64,000 nucleotides of DNA, taken from assembly GCF_018977255.1 (NCBI RefSeq), contig NW_024704742.1, positions 53,632,001 to 53,696,000 of the forward strand. The letters are read 5' to 3'. Position 1 is the stretch's first letter; every line of letters starts with the position of its first letter. Below, one piece after another: positions 39,712 through 54,199 of the stretch. Source of the stretch: Callorhinchus milii. Lineage: Eukaryota. Position numbers and translations under genes: made by a program. The notes under the pieces are model-generated. The model made no database searches. It was not told the DNA's origin and saw only the letters and a program-made list of their open reading frames with translations.

Positions 39712-40331
39712 CCCTGACCAGGATCGCTTTTTTCCACCTCTAACACATTGCCCGCCTCTGTTCGTATCTCACGGCCAATGCAGCTGAAGCCCTCATCCAC
39801 TCCTTTTGTCACTTCCCCGCTGGACTATTCCAATGCCCTCCTCGCTGATCTCTTCAGATCCACTATACACAAAATTCAATAAATCCAAAACTCCATCTCC
39901 CAGATACTCAACCGTACAAAACCCCACATCCCCATCACACCAATCCTTGCCAGGTTCCACTGGCTCCCAATCACCGAATGGATCAATTTTAAGATCTTCT
40001 CACTCATTTTCAAATCCCTTTATGCCCTCGCACCTCTCTACCTATCCGATCTGCTTACCCCCCACTCCCCTAATACCTGGCTCTGCTCGGCTGGCTCTAG
40101 CCTCCTGTTTGTCCCTCGTTCCCTCTGCTCCACCATCGGTGGCTGTGCTACTACGCCCCAAAACTCTGGAACTCTCTCCCTCAATCCCTCTGCCTTGCCC
40201 CCTCCCTCCCCACCTTCAAATCCCACCTACAAACTTCATTTTTGACCGTGCTTATGGTGACCTCACCCCTCCTTCTCCCCCTGGCCTGGTGTCAGAATCC
40301 GTCACTGTATAGATGCAAGTTGTTGTTGTTG
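39712..40331 (+). mobile_element. L2 LINE 3' fragment (older subfamily)
   Basis: LIHSFVT..LDYSNAL and FHWLPITEWINFKI-like translation. Ends atgcaagttgttgttgttg. Confidence 0.8.
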
Positions 40332-40473
40332 AATTTATTTTAAGTGGAGAATGTAATAAATTCACAAATAAAATAAATTGAGGCTTGATCAAAGTTCACA
40401 TTCAATTATTAAGTTGAATATTTTTGAAGGAATATTGGTCAGTGTCAGCTTTTAAGCTTTTTTCCTTCTTAAG

Positions 40474-42950
40474 AATCATAGAATCATAGAATTGTACAGC
40501 ACAAAGAGAAGCCATTCGGCCCATCGAGTCTGTGCCGGCTCTTTCAAAAGAGCAATGTAATGTCAATCCCACTCCGCAGCCCTTTCCCCATAACCCTGCA
40601 AACACGTCCTTCTCAAATACCGGTCCACCACGTTTTTAAAAGTAGTTATCAAAATGACCTCGACCACCCTTTCAGGCAATGCGTTCCAGATTCAAACAAC
40701 TCGCTGCGTGAAAACATTTCTTCTCACCTCCCCTCTGCTTCTTTTAGATACTATTTTGAATCTGTGACGTCGAGTCACCGACACACCCACCAGTCGAAAC
40801 AGTTTTTCCTTTTCTAATCTATCAAATCCCCACATGATTTTGAAGACCTCTATTAGGTCTCCTCGTAACCTTCTCTGCTCCAATAAGAATAATCCTAGTC
40901 TCTCCAACCTTTTCTCATAATGAAGATCCCTCATTCCTGGTACCATCCTTGTAAATCTCCTCTGCACCCTTTCCAATGCTCTAAGATCCTTCCTATAGTG
41001 TGGTACCCAGAATTGGGCCCAATATTCTAACTGAGGCCTAACCAGTGTTTTATATATGTTAATCATAACCTCCTGACTCTTGTACTCTATACCCCTATTT
41101 ATAAAGCCTAGAATCCCATATGCCCTTTTTACAGCTTTATCTATCTGTCCTGCCACCTTCAAGGATTCATTTACCTGCACCCCCAGGTCGCTCTGTTCTT
41201 TCACCTCCCCTTAAGATTGTATTACCAGCCTATATTGCCTGCCCTCATTCTTTCTTCCAAAGTGCATTACCTCACATTTCTCCACATTGAAATTCATCTG
41301 CCATGTGTCTGCCCATTTTACCATTCTGTCTATGTCTTCCTGCAGTTGGCAACTATCCTTCTCACTGTTTATCACCCTACCTAACTTTCTGTCGTCCGCA
41401 AACTTCGAAATGGTACTTGCTATACCCAAGTCCAGGTCATTTATGTATATTAAGAAGAGCAGTGGTCCTCATACCGATCCCTGGGGGACGCCACTGTACA
41501 CTTCCTTCCAGTCAGAAAAGCAGCCGTTCACCACAACTCTCTGCTTTCTGTCTCCCAGCCAGTTCTGGATCCATGCTGCCACTGTCCCTTTTATACCATG
41601 AGCTTCTATCTTTGTTACACATCTTTCATGTGGCACTTTCAAGGCTGGACTATGGGAACTCTCTCCTCGCTGGCCTTTCCGGCACCTCCCTCCACAAGCT
41701 GCAGGTCATTCAGAACTCTGCAGCTCGTGTACTGTCCCGCACCAGGCTTCGGGACCACATCACTCCCACCCTCGCTCGCCTCCACTGGCTCCCCATCCCC
41801 CAGAGGATCGAATTCAAGATCCTCACCCTCACCTACAAGGCCATTCACGGCCTTGATCCCTCCTACCTCTCCGACCTACTATCCCCCTACCTACCTGCCC
41901 GTACCCTCCATTCCTCTGGCTCCGGTCTGCTCCACATCCCCCGCTCCAACCGCCCTATCATTGGTGGCCGGGCCTTCAGCCTCTCAGCCCCGAGGCTCTG
42001 GAACTCTATCCCCCAGTGCCTTCGCCGCCTCCTCCCTTTCCTCCTTCAAGGCCGGTCTCAAGACCTTTCTCTTTGACCGTACCTTCAGCTCCCCTCTCGA
42101 CTCTCTACCCCCTCCTCGCTCCCTCCCTTCCCTCCCCTCACCCTGACCATTTCCCCCCTCCTCGCTCCCTCCCTTCCCTCCCCTCACCCTGACCATTTCC
42201 CCCCTGCTCGGGTCCCGACCCAACTGTACAGCGCCTTGGGATGTCCTCCCGACGTGAAAGGCGCTCAATAAATGGAATCTTGTTGTTGTTGTTGTTGTTG
42301 TCAAATGCCTTTTGAAAGTCCATATAAACTACATCAACTGCACTACTTTTATCCACCCTCTCTGTTACCTCATCCAAAAATTCTATTAGATTTGTTCGAC
42401 AAGATTTGCCTTTAACAAATCTGTGTTGGCTGTCCCTAATTAACCCATATTCTTCTAAGTGAAGATTTATTCTGTCCCGGATTATAGTGTCCAGGAGTTT
42501 CCCCACTACTGATGTTGGGCTGACTGGCCTGTAGTTCTCAGTTTTGTCCTTCTGTCCCTTTTTGTACAGGGGAGTCACGTTGGCCACTCTCCAGTCCTGC
42601 GGCACCATCCCTGTGTCCAACGAAGATTGAAAAAATTGTAGCCAACGCCTCCAATTATTTGTACCCTTGCCTCCTATAGTAACCTTGGCTGCATCCTGTC
42701 CGGACCGGACGACTTATCTACCTTCAGCCCAGTCAACCTTTTCAGTATTTCCTCTCTGTTTATACTTATCCTATCCATGTCCTCTACCCTCTCCTCCAAT
42801 ACTGTGGCATTTGGTGCATCCACCTCCTTTGTGAAGACAGATGCAAAGTACTCATTCAGTACATCAGCCATGCCCTCTGCCTTCACAATAATATTTCCCC
42901 CTTGGTCCTTAATTGGCCCCACCCTACCTTTGACTAACCTTTTTTTCTTG
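40474..42950 (-). mobile_element. CR1 LINE 3' portion with (GATTCTAT)n tail, split by an L2 insertion
   Basis: ORF-track peptides PQDWRVANVTPLYKKG, NYRPVS, VDVVYMDFQKAFD, SKFADD and LVRPQLEYWAQFWVPHY. Tail reads agaatcatagaatcatagaa at about 40472-40490. Confidence 0.92.
41639..42300 (+). mobile_element. Young 5'-truncated L2 inserted into CR1
   Basis: SRLDYGNSLLAGL...QNSAARVL...LHWLPIPQRIEFKIL...GGRAFSLSAPRLWNSIP, followed by a (TTG)n tail. Confidence 0.92.
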
Positions 42951-43123
42951 ATATGAAAAAAAGCATTATTTTAAATGGGAAAAACATCCAATATTGCTAG
43001 GTTATTGTAAATTATTGATCACAGGGGCTTATTTATCACTACCCTACAATTGTACATAAAACTAATTAAAGTGTTATTCAACTAAGATAAACACAGCGAC
43101 ATTAAGATGATGCACTATTATTT

Positions 43124-43490
43124 ATGAAATATTGGGACTTGGGACAGTACTTGTAATGTCTGTGTATTGTATCTGCAGTTATAAGCCACACAATGATTTC
43201 CACATTCAAAAAGAACAAACTTATTTTTCCCTTTTAAAGTAGACAGCTCTTTCGTATCAATATAATACACATATGTGGGTTATATCTCTTCCTCCTACAT
43301 GAAACCCTGATGACAATTATATTGCTAGCTCTTAGTAGAGCTGCAAGCCTGAGTATTTCAGAAAGAAAAACTCACAGCATTATAACTGATATGATTAAGA
43401 TCAAGGTTCAAATGGAAATCATCGTGCAGCTTATAATTACCGATACAGTCTGCAACATTACAGTTACTGTCCCAAGTCCCCATATTTCAT
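43124..43490. repeat. Imperfect inverted repeat with about 80-bp arms (43124-43203 and 43411-43490)
   Basis: atgaaatattgggacttgggacagtacttgtaatgt...ttataagccacacaatgatttcca pairs with tggaaatcatcgtgcagcttataa...acattacagttactgtcccaagtccccatatttcat. Confidence 0.8.
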
Positions 43491-46400
43491 CAACCAGCAA
43501 ACTACGATTAGAGGGGCACTTTTAATTCCACAATATATTACTGATAGCCAAACATATTTTGAATCTTTTTTAGTTCATATTGATGCAGCTTATTTTTTTT
43601 TCTCCTATAAATTATTCACAGGGGAATTCTACCTGCAGCTTTTCTCCATTAAAACCAATGGGACCATACGATATCATCAAGAAAGTGTGTTGCTTTGAAT
43701 GGGACATCAAAGATTGTGCTCTGAACTTCTTCTATTAAAGCTCTGATGGGTGCCAGGTAAGGAAATGCTTGCAAGAAACTATAAATAGGCTTAACATCTG
43801 ATAGTTGATCTTTCTCTCATTTGAAGCCTCTAACCGCTCTCTGTGTCTAATTATTTATCTCATAGGTATTTATAACATAGATCTTCATTTCTCTCCTTTC
43901 TGATGTATCTGCCATAATGCATAATCCCTATGCAAATTTGAGTGCAGATTTAAATATAGCTGGAGAATTTAAGCATAAGTCAAAACAATTTGCTCCAAGA
44001 CAAACGTGTATTAATCAGACTGTGAACAACAGATTATCATAGAATTATACAGCACAGAAGGAGGCCATTCGTCCCATCGTGTCTGTGCTAGCTCTTTGAA
44101 AAAATCCAATACAATCCCACTCCCCCGCTCTCCAGAGCCCTGCAAACTTGTCCTCCCCAAGATACCTGGGTCTTTTTTAAGGATTCCAAGGAAATAGATT
44201 GATATCTGCCCTCAGTAACAGAGCCATCAAACCTAGGCTCTGGAGAATGAAATAATTACTATCAATCACAAAAAAGAATTTGAGATTGAACAAACAATGA
44301 ATTGGGGTGAAGGGAAGGTTGAGTATCTGCAACTTCCATAGGTATTCACACACCACAACTTAAGCTGAAACTAAGTACAGCTTGTGATAAATAAAGAAGC
44401 TGCCTGTTAACACTGCTCCTCACAGCAAGGCAGTTCTAATTACTAATATCAGGCGATGCATTGTAGATACAGCTCTGAGGTGCAAGTAATGAGCAGACAC
44501 CAAATGTCACTGGTGTCACTCTCCTGTTTTTCTCTGTTTCCAAGTAACTACAAAGCATGCAGAAGAGGAACTCTGTGACGGTCTCACAAATTAAGATCAA
44601 ATTTTTAAAAATTCCACAATTCTGAGTGATTAATTGACTCATCAGCAGGATTTGGACAGACAGACATGTCACTAAGGCAGGGATTCTTCCTGCTCAGCTC
44701 CTGTTAATCCTGGAAAAGCAGTGGGAAGCTTCCTCATTAGTGCTTTCAATAGCCGGCTATGTGGTAATCAAAATAATAATCCTTGCATTTGATATAGTGC
44801 TTTATGATGTCATTGAGATGTCTCAAAGTGCTGCACAGGACAAACTGTAAAGTGGATTGACTGGGTATTTTATGTAGTGACTCGCACCAGTCAGTTGTGC
44901 AAAGCAATCTCCCATAAACAATCATGGGGTGCATGACCAATTTTATTTGGGGGATTGTTGGCCAGGAGACCAGGAGAAACTCACTTCTCTTTTCTTATAC
45001 TGCCATGGGATCTTTAGAGTCCACCTGAACAGGCAGACAGGACCTCGGATTAATATCTCACCCGAAGGACGGCATCTCCGACAATGCAACACACCACCAG
45101 CACTGCATTGGAGTGTCAGTTTAGACTGTGAATCCCAACGTTAAGCTTGAAACCACAACCTTCTGACTCAGAGGTGAGAGTGCTACCACTGCGCTAGGCT
45201 GATAAATGCAGAAACAGTTTCTGAAATTAGACATGAATTTTCTCACGTCTGAACCTTGAAACTATTTTTGATTGTGAAATTGCAGAAATGCAAAAACAAA
45301 TCTTGAATTCTGCCTTAGTTTAGAAGCCTATTTTACCAATTTCTTAAAAAGAACTGCAGAAAAATTTCAAATTAAGTTCAAATTTTCCCAAATTCAGCAT
45401 TGTCTCAAATTTTATGGCAATGGTCTTACACCAAAGAAAGCTTGGCAGTCTACAGAAGGATAAAAAAAAAACTGTTTTCAACCTCTCTTCCTTCAGAAAT
45501 ACATTAAATTATTGAATATTTGGTCATTCCAATGATCCACTTTGGGATATGCTTAAAGACCCTTCCGATCAAGGGGCATATCCAGTCAAGTACAATCAAG
45601 TCACTCGTCATGCTCCAGTTTGGATGCTTGAAGCCTTCAAAAGCTGCTTTAAAACACAGCATTGTTTTATTATGTAATTTTAAATTGGTAGCCAATTTCA
45701 CAGACCAATCATTTAACATGTACTCAACGAGCCAGATTTCACCCAAAGCTGTTTGGGTACTGCACCACAAGGATAGTTCTCGAGTCATGTAGACATAACA
45801 CATTAGATATTTTTTCAACCATCTTGTTATTTTCTATATTAACCCTTCTTGTGTTATTCATAGATTTCAATTGTATATTGAAATGCAATTTACATGTATA
45901 TAATGCCTTTTATCTCAGGAGGATGTTTCAAAATGCTTTACAGAGCAGGCTGGGCATCTGAGCCAGGCCAGGGAAGGGTGGGGGGTTCGCAGAAGCTGAA
46001 GAGGGTGGGTGAAAGATGACTGAACGTGTGGTCTAAAGAAGTATGTCTTGGGGTAGGCTTTAATTTTATTCTTGTATTTTAATGTTGTTATAATAATAAT
46101 AATCCTTGCATTTGATATAGCGCTTTTCACGTCTTCTAGACGTTTCAAAGCGCTTCACAGAATAGACTGTAAAGTGAATTGACCATATTTGTAGGCGAAA
46201 CGGGGCAGCCAATTGCGCACAGCAGTGTCCCACAAACAATCATGGATTGAAAATGACCAATTTATTATTGTTTTGTTTTGGAGGGATTATTATTAGGCGT
46301 GTGGAACAAGGAAACGTTTCACCCTGCCTGGAATTGAACCTTGCAAGGCGAGTGCTCTAACCACTGAGCTACAGGACTTCACAGGGAATAAGCAAGTTGG

Positions 46401-47802
46401 AGGTGACTTTGGGATGGATTTCTAGAGAATGGGGGCAAGACAACTGAAAGCCCATCTGGCGACAAGACAACGTACATGAAGCAGGCCAGTGCCCGATGAA
46501 TGAAGGGATTGGTAGAGTCGTAGGAGATCATAGAGGTAGGGTAAGGCAAAGCTGTGGAGGGAATTAAATGTAAATGGAAGTTAGTAGTAAACACCATATC
46601 TTTCTTGTTTATTTTTTAAAAAGTACAATATCAACAGATTGACAGGAAACACAATTATCTTCTTAGGATCCATAAATTAGGGTGCAATTAAAATTTAATT
46701 TAGGAGTTGAACAAGTGACCCTCAGGCCAGTGGTAGCATTACTGGTGCCTTGCTGTCAACCCATGCAAGGAAACCCATGTATGTCACCACTGAAAGACTG
46801 TGGCCTTAACCGTAGATTGTTTCAGAGCAGAGGTCATAGGAGATGGTGTAACTACATAATTTTGAATGTATGACATGCATTTAGTATTGTTAATGCTTTT
46901 TCCACACAAGTTACCCTAAAGCTCTTGTGAGGAATGCCATTTACTATCGCACTAGGAATAAGTTAATCATGGAAAGTTCATACTGCAGAAGATGGCCATC
47001 CATCAAGCCAATTGTGCAGTTTCTAGCATTGACTACCCCACCAGAGCAATATACAGTATTTGAATCCTATTCTTTTATTCCTTCCCTCTGCTTCTGAATA
47101 CAAGAACTCCTCATGTATTTCTCGGATTCCAGCAGATCCCATCTCCACTATCCATGCTCCAAGGAAACTTGCCTCAACTCCTCAAGACTCTGGACGTATC
47201 CTTAATCTTCCATGCTATTCAAAGTAGTAATCCTTATCATTAGGACGTGATTTGGTCCAAGTTCTCAATTTATTACTCCAGCACATTTATGACTTTTTAA
47301 ACACGTGTGTGCGTATTTAACTATTGTTTATTGGCACCCTAATCATTTAACATCTGCCGTTGTTTCTATGCACTGAAACCTGCACGTGAAGCTGGGGGAT
47401 CTTAAACAGCTTGAACTGAAGTTGGTGACACAATAAAAAGACAGCAATTTGCTGTTTCAATCCACTCTAGGCCTAAATCCCTCCTCATCTAAGCCTGTAA
47501 AATCACTTTGTTTTAAAAAATTTAAAAAATATATGCAGACTAGTGGAAATTCTTAAATTCAGTTTCCAAAATAAGAATGAATTTAAAAATTGTAAACACC
47601 ACATCTTAAATGTTGACACAAAATGATCTTTGTTTTAAAAGGTCGAGCACTTTAAGACATCTTCATGACGTAAAAGGTGTCATATTTATGTAAATTGTTT
47701 TGTATTGTTGTTTTCAGGCTAAAACAAGGTAGAATTTTGGGCCTCTTATGTTTTCCAAAAAATGAAGAAATTCTTAATAGTGACCATAAAAAAGTATATA
47801 AA

Positions 47803-48115
47803 AATAATAATAATCCTTGCATTTGATACAGCACTTTTCACGTCGGGAGGACGTCCCAAAGCGCTTTACAGAACACACTGTAAAGTGAATTGACTGTATA
47901 GTTGTGGGCGAACGCGGCAGCCAATTGCGCACAGCAATGTCCCACAAACAGTCGTAGATGGAAAATGACCAATTTATTATAGTTTTTGGTTTTGGAGGGA
48001 TTATTATTAGGCGTGTGGAGTAAGGAAACTTGCCCAAGGTTTCGCCCTGCCTGGAATTGAACTCAGGTCTCTCGCTTGCAAAGCGAGTGCTCTAACCACT
48101 GAGCTACAGGACTCC
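47803..48115 (-). mobile_element. tRNA-derived SINE, short internally deleted subfamily. Other copies: 10596-10859 +, 22257-22575 +, 46088-46379 -, 51441-51740 +
   Basis: Same head and tail as the long family, but ctccacacgcct is joined directly to aataataatccctcc. Confidence 0.88.
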
Positions 48116-50084
48116 ACCATATATATTCCTCAAATGGATCTCTGCATCCAATGAAGAAGTTAATGCAAAAAAAATTTGGCATCAAGGCCATGAGCAGAGC
48201 TAAACACTGGCTCTTCTCATGTCATGCGACTTTGTGACATGTTCTGCAGTGCTAGTGATCACGATGCCAGACTGAACCGGGAGGGGGAAGAGGAAGAGCA
48301 TAAAACCATAAAACCAACAGAACCGACTTAAATATTGCTTGAATCTGACCTACTGTGTATTAAAAGATATCAAACATGTACTGTGACACATGTACTCTGG
48401 CTCCTGTGTAGCAAGAGTCCACATTTTGCACTCCACACAGACCTGTGCTAAACTGGTACACCTTATAACACATTATGCCCTGTATTTGGAAAATAAGGAG
48501 TCAGCAGTGCAATTCATCATGTCAAAAGCACTGGTAAAAAAAAATGATTAAAAATGTACAACAGAGTCTGCAGACTCCACATTCGTTGGGCAATGTGAGA
48601 TTAAACTAATGAAAATAGGATTCAAAGCCATCAAGAGGTGAGCCTGCAATAGCGTAGCACTAATCTTAGGCAGAAGATCCACTAGAATTTGCATAATTCC
48701 CAAATTCTGCAGAATAACATGAACAAAATAAATTTAGAATGCTTGACACAGCTTTTACTATTTATATTGCTTATTCATTAAACATGGAAATATATTGTAA
48801 TATAACTTGCTCAATTAAAAACTAATGGCAGTGCAGCACAATTATTTTCTACTAATGAATGTTGGTTGACAACGGGATGGAACATGACACAATAAGATTT
48901 TTAAAAATATAAATATGATTAAAAATGAAAGCCAGAATGACCTCTGCTGATGATTGTATCAATTGTGTTCTGTATTCCACTAGGATACAGCTGCTTTCTT
49001 TCTTCAAATACCACACTTTTCCTCTTTTCATCTGCACTAATTTATCATTTTGTGTCCCTTTTTTTCTTATGATAATTTGAATTTTTGTCTTGCAGTGACA
49101 GCAAGGAGAGCCATGGACCTCACCAAATCTCTGCTTCCATAGCTTCACGGTGACAGAGATAAATGGAATAAGCTCTGGTTGGATGACAATGATTCCACTG
49201 TACTGTAAGGGTTGGTGAAACCCAAAGTCATTTGGAAGAAAGTGGCTTGAGCAATGATACACTTTCTTTGAACCCAGAGACATTAAGGAAATTAATTTAC
49301 TTTTTTAACACTAAACTGTATTGGAGCCACAATTTTCAATTTGACTTTTTATTTTGCCCAATTATTAAATTATACATAGTGAGCTAAAAGGGGCCCAATA
49401 TGTGTTTTTTTTGTGATTCCTAAGTAAGAAATCTAGTCAGAATTCTTATCAACATGTGGGAACTCTGCTCCAAACGTTTACGTCAAAGAGGACTATGCTG
49501 ATGTAGAGCTGTGGGTGAGATGCATTGCTGGAGGTGACGTCCTTCAGAGGAGACGTTAAACTGAGGTACTGCCAGCCGTTCAGGTGGACGATAACGATTC
49601 AATGACACTGTTTGAAAAGTAATTTTTTTCCTCTGGTGCCCTAACTAGGAATCTCCCCCCAAAATAAAATTGGTCATTCATCTTTGCTGAGCTCAACATG
49701 GCTGCCATTCAGCAAAAACATCCACAGTCAGTGCACTTTACATTAAATCTTGTGAAACACTTTGATTTTACTGTAATGTGTTGTAACTGTGGACTTTTAA
49801 TGTTTAATGTACGTTTAATGTCCCAGTCATGAAGAGCTTTGAGATGACTCAATGACGTGGTAAGAAGCTATATCAAATGCAAGGATTATTAATATTATTA
49901 TTCAGGAAGGTTACCTGTTCCCTGACTCTTCCTTTGCTGCTATACATTCAGCATATGCACCCAGGGATCATAGGCCAAATGACCTTCTACTGAGCTGAAC
50001 ATTTCTATGTGAGTCTATCCAGCAGCTCAAAGACACTCTGTGAAACAATGTGAGCTTATTGATAATTGCTGGGAAGAAATGATG

Positions 50085-50662
50085 CTTCAGCTTTATAGAG
50101 CGTTAGTCAGAATCCATCTGGAGTACTGTGTTCAGTTTTGGGCACCACACCTCAGGAACGATACATTGGCCCTGGAGAGGGTGCAGCTCAGGTTCACCGA
50201 ATGTTACCAGGCATAAAAGGGTTAAGTTACGAGGAAAGGCTGCGTAAACTTGAATTGTATTCCCTTGAGTTTAAAAGGTTGAGGGGCGATTTGATTGAGG
50301 TGTTTAAGATGGCAAAGGGATTTGATACGGTAGAATCAGAGAAGCTATTTGCTCTGGTGGGGGAATCCAAAAAAGAGGCATAGGCTTAAAATTAGAACCA
50401 AGCCATTTAAGAGTGAAACCAGGAAGCATTTTTTCACTAAAAGGGTGGTATAAATCTTGAATTTTCTCCCCCAAAATGCTGGATCTATTCACACCTTCAA
50501 GAGTGAGGTTGATAGATTTTTGGTAGGTCAGGGTATTAAGGGACATGGGGAGAAAGCAGGAAATTGGAATTGAAAGGATTAATTGAGGTACAGATCAGCC
50601 ATGATCTAATTAAATAGCGGAACAGGCTCAAAGGACTGAATAGCCTACTCCTGTTCCTATGT
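50085..50662 (+). mobile_element. CR1 LINE 3' fragment
   Basis: LVR.HLEYCVQFWAPH and LSYEERLRKLELYSLEFKRLRGDLIEVFK. Ends with a cctactcctgttcctatgt terminus. Confidence 0.85.
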
Positions 50663-53600
50663 TTTTATACCAATCATTAACATCCACACCTATATTTTGT
50701 TAGGATAAGATCAAATGGGCCAAAGGTTTTCTTCATCTGACCTTTGGATGAAAGATAGTGGTTTCAAGTTACATAAAAGGATTTAAACTATGCTTAAACA
50801 TGCAGAGTGCTGCATTACAGTATATTCCATTGTTCAAATGAGATGTTGAATCAAGGTCCTGACTGGCTGTTTTGCAAATAGAGATTCACTGATACTATTA
50901 CTTGACAACTATTTCTTGTGGAGTATTTTGAGATGTTTTGATGTGATAGGGTACTTTAAATCCTGGGACTATGTACATTTACATCGTCCCAGGATGTTAC
51001 GCCTCAGAAAATGTGGAACTCTTGCATGACAGAGTGCGTGAGAACTTACAGAACAGTGCATGTTATTCTCAATACCCCTTTTTTTCCAACTAGCAGAGTA
51101 TAACTTCTTACATTTGTGTATCTAGGAATAGCTGCCTCAGTTTGATTTACAGTATTATGAATGAGAAGTTGATGCAATAGGCAACTGAAGAGGTTGTGAG
51201 CAGAGCAAGAGAAAGAGGCAATTCAGCTCATTAATGACTCCCCAAATTATTTTGGATTCCATAAATGATTGCATTGTTGTAACTATCCAGTTTTATAGAG
51301 ATTTAAATGTAGCAGTAATATTGGACTTGGGACTTTGACTTAAATAAAAGGATTTTATACCTCAGGCTTAATTCCGTATATTTCACGCATCCTCAGATAC
51401 AGGGTGACCAGTAGACATTTCTGTGTCGATGTAAAAAATGTAGAGCGCTCGCCTCGCAAGCAAGAGACCCGGGTTCGATTCCCGGCAGGGCGAAACCTTG
51501 GGCAAGTTTCCTTATTCCACACGCCTGATTATAATCCCTCAAGAAAAAAAAATAATAAATTGGTCACTTCAATCCACGACTGTTTGTGGGACACTGCTGT
51601 GCGCAATTAGCTGCCGCATTTTGCCCACAAATATTACAGTCAATTCATTTTACAGTATATTCTATGAAGCGCTTTGAGATGTCCAGAAGATGTGAAAAGC
51701 GCTATATCAAATGCAAGGATTATTATTATTTTATTATTATAAGATGGAAAGGAGTGCAACATATGATAATCAATGGTTAGATTTTCATGTGTTGCTTTTT
51801 AAACCAAGTTTTACTACTGGAGCCATTTGAGATTGTTTACAGTTAGCTTTGAAGAAATACCAGCTCTAGTTCCAAAGCTGATCGAAGGAGCATGCAGACA
51901 TACCAGTATTTCATCAAGACCAGGTTGGAAAGAAAATGTGTCCACATTGCTCTTTGCTTCCATCATCACCTGTTCTCCAATCTAATATTACAAGCCAAAG
52001 CCAAAAGGACACAACCAAGAAGAGCCATAGATCATGCCACTAAGATGAGCTTCCAACAGCACAGACCAGCATAATACTTGGTGCACTGATGTGAACAACC
52101 ATAATGTCAAACATGTTGCCTCCTCATTCAATCTTCAAAATTGTTGTTTGGGAAGAGAAAGATTATTGATAATATATAGATGTGAACGTGGTATATGAGT
52201 GAGGTTAGAAGTTTAATAGTGGAGATCATGAAAAAGATGATATCATGTTGAAGGAAATACTAGGATTGGATAAAAGAGCAAAGTAATGTAAGAGTTTGGG
52301 TGGTATTTGTAGAGAGAGTGAGGTAGTTGGCAGATGAATAAGGACATGAATCCTTTCAGTAAAGTAGTATTCAGATATGCTCATGTGAATCAGTTTTAGG
52401 AAACAATTAGCATCTTACTCCTTCATAAGGAATAACAATATAATAATCCTTGCATTTGATGATGTCCCATACCACATTGTCAAGCCATCTCCAATCTCTT
52501 CACAAGATTTACTGTAAAGTTTTACAAGATTCACAAGATTTACTGTAATAATTGTGCATTTGTAGGGAAACACAACAACCAATTTGTGCACAGCAGGGTC
52601 CCACAAACAGCCATGAAATGAATAATCAACTTTATCTCAGGAATTGGATGGCCAGGATATGATAATAAGTGGTCCTAGCATTTAAAGGGGGAAAATGTAG
52701 TTTGCCCTTCATTTTCATAGAAGATTAAAGGCGAATTCTATGTCACTCAATTGAGATGCTAAATACCAAGCTAAGAAATTCAATCAATATTAAAGCAGAA
52801 AGAGAATAGTCAGTGAAATGAAAATAAAGGGCAATTAGTAAACATGTTAATTGATTGCTACTTTGATTGGATTGACTTTGAAATTGAAAGACGGTATTAA
52901 TACTAATGATAATAGTCCTTGCATTTGATATTGTGCCTTATCACATTATTACAATGTCTCAAATTACTTCACAGATTTCTTACTTCTCTACAGTAATTGG
53001 TACAACAATGATTCTGAAACGTATCTTGTGTTATTGCTGCTCATAGATTTTCATTTTTCTTTGGATACTAGTTTCCATCAATAGATCCCAAAGCTGCTGT
53101 ACAATATAAGTGTCCTGGTGCCTCTAATACCTGCCTGCCAATATCAAATCACAAATCAAATAATACCTTGTGACACTGTTTACACAGCTACAGATTGCCC
53201 AAAACAATAGGATAGGAAGTAGATATGAAATGCATTTTTACATTCAAGCAAAAACAAATATAGTACTCATGCCACAAATGCACAAAACAGTTAGAATAAA
53301 GCTCAGTGACCACCAATATCAACCTTTGGCACAAACTATGAAATGGGTTGACAATCTGAGAATTAAATTGAGCCAATGGTATTTTTCAGTGTTGTCCTTG
53401 TTTCCTCAAAGGTACCAGCAGGTGGCACTATTTAAGTAGCTCTACAAAGTGCATGCGAACCACAGTAAGTAAGGTCAGAATAGTCCTGCACAGTGTAATG
53501 AAGTAAACAGTAGAAACAAGTGAGATACCCTGTGGTGCTGTGTAACCACAGTGTCAGCTTTCTATTTAAAAAATATTTTCTGTGGCTCTACTGAGACTCT

Positions 53601-53667
53601 ATTGGAGTTAGCATGACGTTTCAGAAATCAATTGTGTTCATTTTGGACTGTTAGCAGGGAGTTAGAG

Positions 53668-53867
53668 AACAACAACAACAACAACAACAAGATTCCATTT
53701 ATAAAGCGCCTTTCACGTCAGGAGGACGTCCCAAGGCGCTGCACAGTTGGGTCATGACCCGAGCAGGGGGGAAATGGTCAGGGTGAGGGGAGGGAGGGAG
53801 CGAGGAGGGGGGAAATGGTCAGGGTGAGGGGAGGGAAGGGAGGGAGCAAGGAGGGGGGAAATGGTCA
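53668..53867 (-). mobile_element. Young L2 3' end
   Basis: (AAC)n tail, stem-loop and purine-rich repeat unit, matching 60423 onward. Confidence 0.85.
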
Positions 53868-54199
53868 GAACTCATTTAGTGAAGAGTTTATGACGAATTT
53901 TGTGCTAGTTTTTAATTAATGAATAGTTTAGTTGAAAGAAGAATGTTTCTTTGCTAAGTTAAAGTGAAAAAAGTTTTTTTTTGATAGATTCAGTGTGATA
54001 CATTGAATCTGTTATGACAGATCTCATTTTCACCCCTCCCAGCACTCAGTGTCAATAAGGTATAATATAAATGAAAGAGCAATAAAGGTGAATACACTAG
54101 ATTTAAAGGTACATGGAACATATAGCAAAATCAGTCACAGATAGGTTGCAATAATGCACTGAAACTGAAAATCACAAGATTGATCTGGATGAAGCAGGC

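Noticed and set aside
41303..42620. Long overlapping ORFs (257, 182 and 160 aa) that look like a fusion gene
   Set aside because: Chance read-through across the CR1/L2 nested junctions.
48852..49283. 143-aa ORF containing CSSHFLPNDF, reminiscent of the THAP CSxHF motif
   Set aside because: No upstream C2/PW residues or AVP motif, and no supporting splice structure. A Pfam THAP search would settle it.
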